The position numbers and the translations under genes were made by a program. 30,607 nucleotides of DNA. Source: a virus. Its lineage: Duplodnaviria; Caudoviricetes. The notes under the pieces are model-generated. The model saw only the letters and a program-made list of their open reading frames with translations, was not told where the DNA came from and made no database searches. Positions 1-9,238 of this stretch are shown one piece after another (within the stretch, counting starts at the first letter, position 1; each line of letters begins with the position of its first letter). The DNA is taken from IMG/VR virus record IMGVR_UViG_3300038464_000015, positions 1-30,607 of that record; one strand, 5' to 3'.

Positions 1-599
1 ATCGGCGTCGAGCTGGAGTAGATCGCACCGCCCGATCCGCCGCCTCCCCCGCCACCAGATACGCGAGCCGAGTCCGCATAGAGCGCCCACCCCGAGCGTT
101 TCGCCGTGTCCGCGATGTGGGAGGCCCGCACACTGTCCGCCGAGGTGATCCAGTGGTGGGAGTTCGCGGCGAGGGAATCGCCGATGAGGGAGGAGGCCTG
201 GGCGGAGTCCAGGTAGTACCCCGCGTAGTCGCTCCGCTGAGGCACCACAGGCCCCGTGCGGCCCGCGAACGAGGAGACGCCAGCCGAACCACCACCCGAG
301 GGGTCAGGCAGGAGGTACGCGATGCCAGACCAGTCCACGCGGGAGTTGGAGTCCGAGGTCTGACGGATCGTCAGGACCGGCGACGGCGTGAACCAGCGGA
401 TGTCCGAGAGGGTCACCACGTCCAGGCTGATCGGCTGGGTCAGGACCTGGGAGTAGGTGTTGTCGTACACGGGATCGGAGGACCAGAGCCAGTCGCTGCC
501 CACGTCTGTTTGGGACTGGTTGATCGACTGGATCGGGTCTGGGTTGATCCGCATTCCGGAGGCGCAGGCGAGAGAGGCAATGGCGAGGAGGATTTTCAT
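1..599 (-). CDS. Partial (runs off the left end) signal-peptide protein with a fibre-like motif; absent from the ORF track
   Basis: Hand translation from ATG at 599: MKILLAIASLACASGMRINPDPIQ...GVSSFAGRTGPVVPQRSDYAGYY...ADSVRASHIADTAK...YADSARVSGGGGGGG, open to position 1. It starts 16 nt after the upstream stop. Confidence 0.75.
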   Translation of the reverse strand, partial: MKILLAIASLACASGMRINPDPIQSINQSQTDVGSDWLWSSDPVYDNTYSQVLTQPISLDVVTLSDIRWFTPSPVLTIRQTSDSNSRVDWSGIAYLLPDPSGGGSAGVSSFAGRTGPVVPQRSDYAGYYLDSAQASSLIGDSLAANSHHWITSADSVRASHIADTAKRSGWALYADSARVSGGGGGGGSGGAIYSSSTP

Positions 600-615
600 T
601 ATTTGCCTTTTTCTG

Positions 616-1992
616 TTATTCTTTCCACAAAGAAACAAATGGGTTTATAGCGGCGGCTGTTACCCATGTGGTAGCGGTTACTGTGAATGTTTGATCTGTC
701 GCGCAGTCAAAAATCCCATACCCTCCCGGCGCACCAGCTAAAAGCCCGCTGGGGGAATTAATGAAAAAGTAGAATCCAGCATTTGCGCCATATGTGATAT
801 CATCGAACGTGACGCAAAACTCTATCTCTGTGCATCCCGCCGGAACTTGGATATTCCCAGAAAATCCGCCACCCGTATCCGCAAAAAGATTGATGTTGCA
901 ATACCATGCGTTGGTGGCCTGCGGAGTCTGAACATTGATGCGGTAAGTGTCGCCAACTTTTACGCTATTCCCTGGTAAAGTAAATGATCCATATATTGGG
1001 GCTGAATGCATTCCAACAATTGACTGCGCTATACCTGTGGTTGTTATTCCGCCGGAGCTGGAAAATGATTTTCCTAGAATCTGGACGCCTGAATTAAGAC
1101 TTCCTTGATTCACATTGAAATGCATTACCTTTCCATTGACGCCATCATTCGTTACATTGATCTGCATTCCAGATCCGGCGACCGCCTTGACACCCAGGAA
1201 GCCTGGAATCGCGTCCGAGACATCGTACAGGACTTTGTGGTCCGAGGTCGGGACCGCCATCCCGTAGACATGGCCCGCCCCGTCCACCGCGAGCATCTGG
1301 GATGCGATCCCGGCGAGACTGAGGGAGTCGATGAGCGTCTGCCCGAGCGTAGAGGATCCTGGTACCAGGAGGGTGGATCCTGGAGCAGTAGCGAGAGCGA
1401 CATCTCCGGCTACAGAAAGTTGGCCCGCGAGTAGAACGTTTCCGAGGACAGTGCCGCCTGTGTCCGTGCGCAGGAACGGAAGGATGAGCTGGTGTGCTCC
1501 GTTGACCGTAAGCGGGTTTCCAGCGGCGTCCACGAACTTCGCGACGAGGTAGCCGGGGACATCGCCTGCCGTAGCATCCGTGAGGACCTGGTGGTCCAGG
1601 ATCGCGCTGGTCTGGACGGTGCCGACGTTGTAGGTCAATCCTCCCGACGTGACTGTGGTCCAGTGGATCGAGTCAGAGTCCTGGAAAAGCGCCGAAGTGC
1701 CGCCGCCGCTGGTCGCGCCCTCGATCTGGTCCCGCGTGTACTGGAGGACATCCGTCGCGTCATTGAGGAGGATCTTGTAGAGCCCCGCCTCCATGAAGTA
1801 CTGCGGAGCGTTCCCGGCAGCGTCGAGCACCAGGGGCTGCGTGAGCGGAATCGTCAGCGCGTAGTCGGCGTAGACGTTCTTCGGCACCGTCGTGGATCCC
1901 GCCACGAAGAAGTACATCTGCCCGCCCGACATAGCCGCGCCGTTCGGGAGTTGGAAACGTTCGATGAAGAATGGAGGTGTTGAGCCGGACAT
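616..1992 (-). CDS. Tailspike/tail-fibre-like protein 2 (N-terminal particle-binding domain, AT-richer C-terminus)
   Basis: Start moved to MSGSTPP at 1992 (TAATG overlap with the upstream stop). N-terminus NGAAMSGGQMYFFVAGSTTVPKNVYAD...LDAAG...YKILLND parallels that of 1992-4730. Internal repeat DHQVLTD..DVPGYLVAK / DHKVLYD..AIPGFLGVK. Confidence 0.7.
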   Translation of the reverse strand: MSGSTPPFFIERFQLPNGAAMSGGQMYFFVAGSTTVPKNVYADYALTIPLTQPLVLDAAGNAPQYFMEAGLYKILLNDATDVLQYTRDQIEGATSGGGTSALFQDSDSIHWTTVTSGGLTYNVGTVQTSAILDHQVLTDATAGDVPGYLVAKFVDAAGNPLTVNGAHQLILPFLRTDTGGTVLGNVLLAGQLSVAGDVALATAPGSTLLVPGSSTLGQTLIDSLSLAGIASQMLAVDGAGHVYGMAVPTSDHKVLYDVSDAIPGFLGVKAVAGSGMQINVTNDGVNGKVMHFNVNQGSLNSGVQILGKSFSSSGGITTTGIAQSIVGMHSAPIYGSFTLPGNSVKVGDTYRINVQTPQATNAWYCNINLFADTGGGFSGNIQVPAGCTEIEFCVTFDDITYGANAGFYFFINSPSGLLAGAPGGYGIFDCATDQTFTVTATTWVTAAAINPFVSLWKE

Positions 1993-4730
1993 TAGTAAAA
2001 TACCAAACCAGTGGAAGTGATTGCGCAGAATAAGGAGCAAGAAATCGCATTCGCGGAATTGTAATTGGTGATGTAATTCTTTGCGGTTCGCCCCCCTGAT
2101 CCGGCGTTCGTTTGCCATGCCTTGCAATTCAAATCAATCATGAAATTCACATTCGGAAACCAGGATCCATTTGGGACCCCGGCGTTCGTCGTGGTCCAGG
2201 GAACGCCTGGAAGACTTGGACAATCCGTTCCAATTTGAGCTTGAGTGAAATTCCCATCCACCGTGAGGCATCCCGCTTGTGCGTCCGTAATGGTGAGGCA
2301 GCGGGTATAGGTTCCGGAAATCACGCCTCCGGTAGTCGAACTCCAGAGCTTCGATTGTGCTTGATCCTGGGGGATCTCCTGAATGGTTTGAATCTCGATT
2401 TTGTATCCGTTGAGTCCGGATCCAATCAGGTCGAGTTGGGCCGAATACTCTTGGTTCGCTCCTGTATAGAGGGTGGATCCCCAGAAGCCGCCGAGAATCG
2501 GAAGCGTGACGACAAATGTTTCGGAAGAGGAAGACGCCGGAATCTCGATTTGCTTGTTTGCCTGCCAGGCTCCTCCGCTGGATCCTGTCAAATCGAGTTT
2601 GAGTTGTAGCACGCCCCCGCTCGCCGCTCCGACGGGTGTCGTGACGGCGAGCTTGATTACCCCGGCCAGAAGAGCCAGCGGGGACAGGTAGTAGGTCGTG
2701 CTGACCGGGCTTTCCAAATAGGTCCAATGGAAGGCGCTCCCATTTGCAGGCAGAAGTCTCATTCCGTCGCTGGTAGGCGCGGCACCGGAAACCAGTGACC
2801 AGTTGCTCCCAGGCCACGCGGCCGTCAGGATCGGGGTGACAGCCATGAGAGCCACGCCCGCCGTAGGCATGCCCCCGACCGAGTTCCAGAGTTGCCCGGT
2901 CTGCGCTGGAAGCTGGAGAAGATTCACTGTCCCAATCCCGTTGGACAGAAGGACGCTCTGCGCGGCGGCGGGGGTCGAGGCGCTGGAGTTCACCACGTCT
3001 CCGGCGAACGCATCCACGTTGGCCGTACTGGTGCTATTCAGGTGGACCAGGTGCCAGGTCGTTGAGTTGTTTGCGAAGGTCAAGATCGAGTTTGCCGCCG
3101 TCGCCGTGAAATGCCAGAAGGCTGGTCCGGATCCCCCGAGCGTGTTCCACCTGGCTTTCCCGTACTGGGACAGGTTGATGGTGGAATTCGTCGCGGTTGT
3201 GCAGCCATCTACGATGTCGAGGAGGGAGACGGGGAAATTTCCGGATCCGGGGAAAAGGCTGTTCCGGACGATACCTCCCGTGGAGGTGATCGCCACATTG
3301 GAGACTGCGGCCCCCGTCGCATTGAACAGGCCGCAAGCGATCGCCGCGCCCGTGGATACGCCGCTGATCTCGACGCCATTGGCCGTCAAAGATCCCGACC
3401 CCATGGAGATCGTGATCCCAGACGCTACGCTGAGAAGAGCGGTCGATTCTGTCGGCGCGACCTGGAGAGGATTGGGAAGCGAACCGTTCAGCGTGACCCC
3501 AGTGGTGATGGACCAGGCTACGCTGTTGAGGTACTTTTGGGTCAACCAGACATTCCCGGCGCTGCAAGCGGCCTTGAGGGCGATCGAATCGTCCGTGGTG
3601 CCATCACCCTTCGCCCCGAACCATTCCGGTTTCACCTGGTTGGGAATGGTGACGGTCCCCACGTTGGCGAGCGACGGGAATGAGAAGATCGCCCCCATCC
3701 CCGAATAAGCCAGGTTGCGGATGGTCAGATTCGATGTCGCAGTGTAGGTGCCCACAGCTCCTGCACTGGCATCCACGGCCAGGTTGACCGGGAAGGATGG
3801 GTCCAGCGTCAGGCTGGTGGAAACGTCCAGGAGAGCCTTGTAATACTGCGTGGTGCATCCGGCGAGCTTGGACATTCGCACGTCATCCGTGGACCCGCCC
3901 ATCCATGAGAGGAGGATCTGCGGACAGACTCCGGCCCCGAAGATCGGCTGCACGTTGTCCCCGAAGCTCGTCCCGTTGGCGGTGAACTTCGAGCCCGTGG
4001 AGAAAGTCATGGTGACTGGGGTGGTGCCGTGGAAGTACGCTGCCGTGGTGCAACGAATTCCGGCACCTGCTGAAACCGTGGTATTCTGGTTCAGCGTGGA
4101 TGGTTGGCTGAATTCCAGATCCATCCCCCACCGCACCGAGGCAACAATAGCCAGGACAAACGCTGCTGTCTGGTCCGTCGTGGTGTTGTACTGGTAGCCG
4201 TACCACTCCGGATCAATCATCCCGTCAAAGATCCGCTTGTAGGGGCCAGAACTGGCCGAGGCGACCAGGACAATCCCGTTGTCGTCCGAGAGACTGGATC
4301 CGGGGATCATCTGGAACCATCCTTGGCCTCCATCCCCTTCCGCGAGCGTCCCGGCGACGTAGACCAAGTCGGGGTTGGAGGTCAACGCACGCACGTCCCC
4401 GTAGTTCTGTACGAACGCCACGCTGGCGTTGGTGCCCGGGACGCCCGAAAAGCCGCCGCTGGAGATGCCGTCCACCCACGGCGCGACCTGGACGCCGTTC
4501 GCGTCCTTGATCCAGATCCGGTAGGCTCCGGGCCCGAGGAAAATCACCGCTGTTCCGGATGCCGAGAGGGTGACCGAGGTACCCAGCGGAGTAGTTCCCG
4601 CCGCGTCCGCAAAGACCGTCTGCGGGGTCAGCGTGCCGGACTGGTAGAAGTAGATCGTACCCCCGGAGAGCATTTTCCCGTTGGCTGCGAACTGCTGATA
4701 GATGTAGTCGGGCATCAAAGAGAGGTTCAT
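1992..4730 (-). CDS. Tailspike-like receptor-binding protein 1 (particle-binding N-domain, probable beta-helix body)
   Basis: 912 aa. N-terminal NGKMLSGGTIYFYQSGTLTPQTVFADAAGTT..YRIWIKDANG, then a GDGGQGWF motif and the tailspike/pectate-lyase-like motifs PEWYG..TDQTAAF and PEWFGAKGDGTTDDSIAL. Located after the ejection genes, as P22 gene 9 is. Confidence 0.8.
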   Translation of the reverse strand: MNLSLMPDYIYQQFAANGKMLSGGTIYFYQSGTLTPQTVFADAAGTTPLGTSVTLSASGTAVIFLGPGAYRIWIKDANGVQVAPWVDGISSGGFSGVPGTNASVAFVQNYGDVRALTSNPDLVYVAGTLAEGDGGQGWFQMIPGSSLSDDNGIVLVASASSGPYKRIFDGMIDPEWYGYQYNTTTDQTAAFVLAIVASVRWGMDLEFSQPSTLNQNTTVSAGAGIRCTTAAYFHGTTPVTMTFSTGSKFTANGTSFGDNVQPIFGAGVCPQILLSWMGGSTDDVRMSKLAGCTTQYYKALLDVSTSLTLDPSFPVNLAVDASAGAVGTYTATSNLTIRNLAYSGMGAIFSFPSLANVGTVTIPNQVKPEWFGAKGDGTTDDSIALKAACSAGNVWLTQKYLNSVAWSITTGVTLNGSLPNPLQVAPTESTALLSVASGITISMGSGSLTANGVEISGVSTGAAIACGLFNATGAAVSNVAITSTGGIVRNSLFPGSGNFPVSLLDIVDGCTTATNSTINLSQYGKARWNTLGGSGPAFWHFTATAANSILTFANNSTTWHLVHLNSTSTANVDAFAGDVVNSSASTPAAAQSVLLSNGIGTVNLLQLPAQTGQLWNSVGGMPTAGVALMAVTPILTAAWPGSNWSLVSGAAPTSDGMRLLPANGSAFHWTYLESPVSTTYYLSPLALLAGVIKLAVTTPVGAASGGVLQLKLDLTGSSGGAWQANKQIEIPASSSSETFVVTLPILGGFWGSTLYTGANQEYSAQLDLIGSGLNGYKIEIQTIQEIPQDQAQSKLWSSTTGGVISGTYTRCLTITDAQAGCLTVDGNFTQAQIGTDCPSLPGVPWTTTNAGVPNGSWFPNVNFMIDLNCKAWQTNAGSGGRTAKNYITNYNSANAISCSLFCAITSTGLVFY

Positions 4731-4846
4731 TTTTGCCCTTCTCGGCTGGAAAGAGTGTAGGTTCGGGAGATGATCGAGATGTCAATCCTTGTGATCTGGT
4801 CTGCAGTCGCGCTTGTCGCGGCTCTGTGGGTATTCATCGCGTTCAT
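4727..4846 (-). CDS. 39-aa ORF translationally coupled on both sides
   Basis: MNAMNTHRAATSATADQITRIDISIISRTYTLSSREGQK. ATGA overlaps with the upstream stop (4843) and the downstream start (4730). Confidence 0.3.
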   Translation of the reverse strand: MNAMNTHRAATSATADQITRIDISIISRTYTLSSREGQK

Positions 4847-4985
4847 GGATGCTTTCGGCCCTTTGCTGCATCTTGTCGCTGGATTGCCGGATAGAGCGAA
4901 GGAAGGATTTTACTCGCTCCTTCCAATGCCGGTGCAGCATATCGCCCGGCTAGATATCCTTTCGGTCCTCCGCGTGCGGCTGTAA
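4770..4985 (+). CDS. Small antisense membrane protein (possible moron / superinfection exclusion)
   Basis: Strong hydrophobic helix ILVIWSAVALVAALWVFIAFM and GGGAG upstream (start may be 4779). It overlaps the 3' end of 4843-6495 on the other strand. Confidence 0.35.
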   Translation: MIEMSILVIWSAVALVAALWVFIAFMDAFGPLLHLVAGLPDRAKEGFYSLLPMPVQHIARLDILSVLRVRL

Positions 4986-6495
4986 GTAAAGCGGCGGCGA
5001 TTGCTCCAGGCATTCCTGCGACATTCGCTCCAACATTCGCCCCCTCAACCTCCATCAATCCCCCTGGCTTTAAGTTTCCGCCCTTCTTTGCGGCGATCTC
5101 GAAAGCGGGCTTCGCAGCCACCCAGGGCTGCGCGCGATCCATGATGGGCTGGTAATCTGGGAACTTGGTCGCCAGGAAGTTGCGCATATCTGCTGCAGCC
5201 CCCTTGAATGCGATCTCTTTTGCGGCGCTCAAACCTTTTGTTGAGGTCTGGTCATACCCTTCGGTGCCGAATGTGCTCTTGTAGTGCTGGACCTGGGATG
5301 GGAGTAGTTCCGGCTCACTGCCAGACATTCGATTCAGGACAAGGGTCATTGCTCGATTCTGGTCCGCAGGAGTGAACTTTCCTTCGCTGAATTTTTGGGC
5401 ATTTTTGAAAGCTTGATCCATCGCGTCGATTACCCGATCCTGCGGATATTTGAACGTGGGATCTTTCGTGGCCGTGCGATCCGCCGCCGCCTTCCATGTC
5501 TCAACCTCATTCATCTGCTTCGGGAATTCCTTCAAGAACTCCTCTCCAATCTCCCGACGGCTGGAATTCCATGACGGGACCACCTTCGGCCAATGTCCAG
5601 CTTCCGCGAAGTCATGGAGTCCTTCGGCGGCGACGTCCCTGGGAACGATGTTCCATTGCGCCACGTTCGGCTCTGTGTAGCGCCTAAGCCCGTTGCCGAT
5701 GACGCCTGGGACGAAAGTACCGATGGCGGATCCAGCGAGGTTTGCCCCCGGAGTGATCTGCTTGCCGACTTCTGCGGTCGGCGTAGCGAGGTAATCGGCG
5801 ACCTGCCGTCCACCAATGATATTCGCCCCTTTGAGCGCCTGCAAAAGCATGCCCTCGCCGCCCGTAGCCAATGCGAGCGGGATGGTAGTTGGGTCCTTGA
5901 GAATCTGCCCAGCGACTCCGCCCCACGCAGGATCCGCAGATGTGCCCGGATCAGTCATGCCTTGTTCAGCTGCAAGCGCAGCCCTTTGGAGTATTCCTGG
6001 GCCACTATCTGAGAGCGTACCGAGCCCCGAGATTGCCCCGGCTACCGTTCTCCCAGGAAGGGAAACGAGGTCCTTCCCAGCTGCGTAGGCGGCGGGAAGC
6101 GCCGAAGCGCCTTCGCCCTGGGCAAGAGCTGAGAGCCGAGGGAAGATCATTTGCCCTGCTGGGACGCTTTCGATCTGATCAACAGATTGCGGAACTTGCG
6201 CGGCGGCTTGCGTTTCTGGTGTCTGCTGTTCCTGCGCGACCGGAGCGACCGGCGCGGGAGTCTTCACCCCCACCACCTGGGCAAGCGTGCTGGGTGCGGC
6301 CTGGGCGGCCTGCACGACAACGCCATCGTCTGGATTCCATGCAGGAACCTGGGCTCGCGTTGTGGTGTCCACCTGTCCGCGCCGCCCCGAGGCCGAAACC
6401 TGCATTTGTCCCGATGATGTCGCCACGATTGGCGCGGCCAGTGCTGCGGCAATGGATGGATCCACCACAACGCCGTCGTCAGGATTCCAATCCAT
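4843..6495 (-). CDS. Probable DNA ejection/internal virion protein (gp16-like position)
   Basis: 550 aa, Ala/Gly-rich, third gene of the ejection cluster, TAATG-coupled to the upstream gene, WNPDDGVVV motif twice. Confidence 0.6.
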   Translation of the reverse strand: MDWNPDDGVVVDPSIAAALAAPIVATSSGQMQVSASGRRGQVDTTTRAQVPAWNPDDGVVVQAAQAAPSTLAQVVGVKTPAPVAPVAQEQQTPETQAAAQVPQSVDQIESVPAGQMIFPRLSALAQGEGASALPAAYAAGKDLVSLPGRTVAGAISGLGTLSDSGPGILQRAALAAEQGMTDPGTSADPAWGGVAGQILKDPTTIPLALATGGEGMLLQALKGANIIGGRQVADYLATPTAEVGKQITPGANLAGSAIGTFVPGVIGNGLRRYTEPNVAQWNIVPRDVAAEGLHDFAEAGHWPKVVPSWNSSRREIGEEFLKEFPKQMNEVETWKAAADRTATKDPTFKYPQDRVIDAMDQAFKNAQKFSEGKFTPADQNRAMTLVLNRMSGSEPELLPSQVQHYKSTFGTEGYDQTSTKGLSAAKEIAFKGAAADMRNFLATKFPDYQPIMDRAQPWVAAKPAFEIAAKKGGNLKPGGLMEVEGANVGANVAGMPGAIAAALLTAARGGPKGYLAGRYAAPALEGASKILPSLYPAIQRQDAAKGRKHP

Positions 6496-8492
6496 TACCG
6501 GACCCTCAGACGGATCGTCCCGTCAGGATGCGTGTAATAGGCTCCCACAGGCGGCTCTTGGCCTACGGGGTACGGAACCTTTGGAGAGGATCCAAGCGTC
6601 CCGAGCTGGCTCCCCAGCGTTTGGGAGGGTGTCTGCGTGTACGGCTGGACCGACTGCCCGCCAGCCTGCATCGTCGGCGTGGAGTTCGCTCCGGAATGGC
6701 GGAGATAGTCATTCGTGAACTTCATCTGCCCCTTGAGCTGGGACATATCCGGATTGCCCTCAAGGAAGCCCTGGGCAAGGATACTCGCGACCGTCGCGGC
6801 GTCCATCTTCGCGCCCGAGGCAAGGGCTATCTGGAGCCGTGCGGCGGCCTTCGGTGCGCCGATCATCATGAGCAGGCTTTGCGTTCCTTCGGTGCCCGGA
6901 AGCCCTTCCGCTTGGCCGAAGTTCTTTGACCACGCCAGGAGGCCAGGAGCGTCCGTCGGAACCGTCTCTCCGAGCTTGGCGTAGGCGGTCGCACGATCTC
7001 CGAAGGCGTCCAGATCCTTGGTGGACGTGAAGGTCATCGGGTTCAGGTGAGCATTCCCGAGGATCGGGTCATTCTTCGTGACCACAGAATCGATCCCCGC
7101 TGCGAGCTTCGATGCTCCTCCGAGTTCGGCATTCTTCTCCGCAACCTCGTTGACCATCTTCTTGACGCCCATGTCGTTGGACGACGCGGCCAAGGCTTGA
7201 TCGAACTGCTTCCCGTAGGCTTCCCCCAGATCGTTGTGGACGGCCAAGGAGACGCCCTGGACTTTCCCCTGCCATTCGCGCTGCTGGTTCATGAGCGCGG
7301 CGTAGTCCGGCTGGCCATCCTTCATCGGGGCGACGAAAGGAGGTGGGCCGATTGCGGAGATCTTGTCCTGGACGTACTGCTGGAGCGCCCCGTTCACCGA
7401 AGAGAGCGTTCCGTCGTTGTCGTAATGGAGCCGGGCAAGCGTGGTCGCTCCACTCTGGAGGATTGAATCCGGGGTATCCTTCGTGAAAGCGAGAGGGCCA
7501 GAAGAAGCGGAGGCCACCATCCTGCCCATCATTGTTTTGGAGGGGTCGTAGCTGTCCTCCACGGCCTGCTGCGCGGATCTGTTATCCGGAAGTTGGACCG
7601 GCACGGTATCCGACTGCGCGACCACTGGCGGCGGTAGCTGCATGGTCGGAGAAGGCGGCGCGGTCTGCTGGCCTGGGGTGATCTCGACTTGGCCCTGGAT
7701 GTCCTGTGAGCCTTGTTCGGGCGCTGGAGCCGGGGCTTGGAGATCCCCATTCGCTGCCGGCCTTGGCTGCATCCCGAAGAGTTTGGCAAGCGCCTGCGAG
7801 TTGAGCGAAGGCTGAAGAGCGGGCGCGGTAGGCTCGGCCTGCTGCGGAAGTCCGAGTTGAGCACGCGCAGCCTGGGCAGATGCTTTGAGTTGCTGGAAGT
7901 AGTCCGTGAAGGACGATGGCGCGACTTGCTGCGGCGCAGGCGCAGGCGCAGGCGCAGGCGCAGGCGCAGGCGCAGGCGCAGGCGCAGGCGGAGGAGGGGG
8001 GGCAGCGGTCACCAGCCGGTTGGAGGGCTCGGCAGACATCGGTGCATCCGTCTGGGATGCCGCCGTGGGCTGGCCTGCGGACGGATTCGGAGCGGATCCA
8101 ATCCCTGGTTCCCCGATCTGCGCACTGTTGCGCCCTGCTGCGGTCGGATCCGCTCCCATGTTCCGGAGTTGGGCGTTTGCATATTGTGTGTTGACCTGAG
8201 CGCCCTTTTGCGCGGCGTTATACTGCATCGCCGCTTCCATCTCATCTTTGCCAAGGCCAGCGGCAGCGGCAGCTTTGTAGAATCCAGATTCATCCAAGTC
8301 ACCCGGCCTCGTAACGACAATCTGCGCCCCTGTATTCGGGTCCGTTCCATAGACGGGAGCTGTCGCGATGTTCGCCGCGAAGATGTCCTTCAGCTTCCGC
8401 GCCTGGGCTGCATCCTTGATCGCCAGCATGTCCCGCATCCCCAAAGGGGCGGGAGTCGGGCTGTCGTACCAGTTTGTCACTTGTGCCATCAT
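6495..8492 (-). CDS. Probable DNA ejection protein (gp20-like position), P/A/Q-rich
   Basis: 665 aa, low complexity, follows the gp7-like gene, GGAG SD. C-terminal PVGAYYTHPDGTIRLR motif of the kind seen at the ends of podovirus internal proteins. Confidence 0.6.
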   Translation of the reverse strand: MMAQVTNWYDSPTPAPLGMRDMLAIKDAAQARKLKDIFAANIATAPVYGTDPNTGAQIVVTRPGDLDESGFYKAAAAAGLGKDEMEAAMQYNAAQKGAQVNTQYANAQLRNMGADPTAAGRNSAQIGEPGIGSAPNPSAGQPTAASQTDAPMSAEPSNRLVTAAPPPPPAPAPAPAPAPAPAPAPAPQQVAPSSFTDYFQQLKASAQAARAQLGLPQQAEPTAPALQPSLNSQALAKLFGMQPRPAANGDLQAPAPAPEQGSQDIQGQVEITPGQQTAPPSPTMQLPPPVVAQSDTVPVQLPDNRSAQQAVEDSYDPSKTMMGRMVASASSGPLAFTKDTPDSILQSGATTLARLHYDNDGTLSSVNGALQQYVQDKISAIGPPPFVAPMKDGQPDYAALMNQQREWQGKVQGVSLAVHNDLGEAYGKQFDQALAASSNDMGVKKMVNEVAEKNAELGGASKLAAGIDSVVTKNDPILGNAHLNPMTFTSTKDLDAFGDRATAYAKLGETVPTDAPGLLAWSKNFGQAEGLPGTEGTQSLLMMIGAPKAAARLQIALASGAKMDAATVASILAQGFLEGNPDMSQLKGQMKFTNDYLRHSGANSTPTMQAGGQSVQPYTQTPSQTLGSQLGTLGSSPKVPYPVGQEPPVGAYYTHPDGTIRLRVR
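7936..7989 (+). repeat. Perfect hexanucleotide tandem repeat (GCAGGC)x9 encoding (Pro-Ala)9
   Basis: Counted directly in the sequence; in frame within 6495-8492. Confidence 0.95.
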
Positions 8493-8498
8493 CTCTCC

Positions 8499-9230
8499 TT
8501 AAAAGGTGGAAAGGATGCCACCGGCACTATTCCCGGCGTTCGTGGCGGTGTTGTTGGCGTTCTTGCCGAGGGCATTGTATCCGCTTTGCTGGTCGACGGC
8601 GATGTCTCCGAAGTTGGCGTTGATGCCAGAATTGTATCCAGCCTGAAGCCCTTGGTTCGAGCTGGTCGCGTTGAGTCCCAGCCCGGCGAGCTGTCCGAAG
8701 TTCCCGACCTGCTGCTGGGTAAAGTTGTTCGTGTTCTGCGCGTTCGTGTTCTGCTGGGTGTTCGTCAGGTTGTTTCCAGCGAGCATCTGCGAGTAGGCGT
8801 TGTTGTAGTTTGTCTGGGCCATCTGGTTGGCGTTATTCGAGAGAGCCTTCTCCATGCCTCCCCCGACTGCACCGCCCGCGATCCCTTCGGCCTGGATCTC
8901 TTTGTTGGCTTGATCGATCGAATAGGCGGACGACGGATTCAGGTAGTTCGCGATGGCGTTCCCGGCGCTGTTGTCTGTGACCGCCGCGTTGGGGGCTTGC
9001 GTGCGGCCTTGGATCGCGGCTTCCATTCCGCTCGCACCTGTCGCGCCTGCGGTCGTGTAGGGGCTGAAAGCGGCATTCGATCCGGCCTGCCCTTGCTTGA
9101 GAACATCCGTCCCTTGGTTGACGTTGTTCTGGAAGTCCTGCATCCCCTGTTGGATGTCGTTGGAGTTCATGATCCCGCCGACGAGGGATCCCACTCCAGA
9201 TGCTGCGGCTCCTAAAATTGGTGCTGGCAT
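8499..9230 (-). CDS. DNA ejection protein, P22 gp7-like
   Basis: Starts ILGAAASGVGSLVGG, has FSPYTTAGATG, is N/Q-rich and contains LAGLGLNA, all typical of gp7-like proteins. Position fits. AGGAG SD. Confidence 0.7.
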   Translation of the reverse strand: MPAPILGAAASGVGSLVGGIMNSNDIQQGMQDFQNNVNQGTDVLKQGQAGSNAAFSPYTTAGATGASGMEAAIQGRTQAPNAAVTDNSAGNAIANYLNPSSAYSIDQANKEIQAEGIAGGAVGGGMEKALSNNANQMAQTNYNNAYSQMLAGNNLTNTQQNTNAQNTNNFTQQQVGNFGQLAGLGLNATSSNQGLQAGYNSGINANFGDIAVDQQSGYNALGKNANNTATNAGNSAGGILSTF

Positions 9231-9238
9231 CGTTTCTC

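Noticed and set aside
616-4730. Diversity-generating retroelement target or invertible tail-fibre system
   Set aside because: No reverse transcriptase, TR/VR pair, invertase or inverted crossover sites were seen in the window.
7713-9215. 500-aa plus-strand ORF with poly-Arg, and the AQ/AG-repeat ORFs
   Set aside because: These are antisense readings of the (GCAGGC)9 repeat and of GC-rich real genes on the minus strand.
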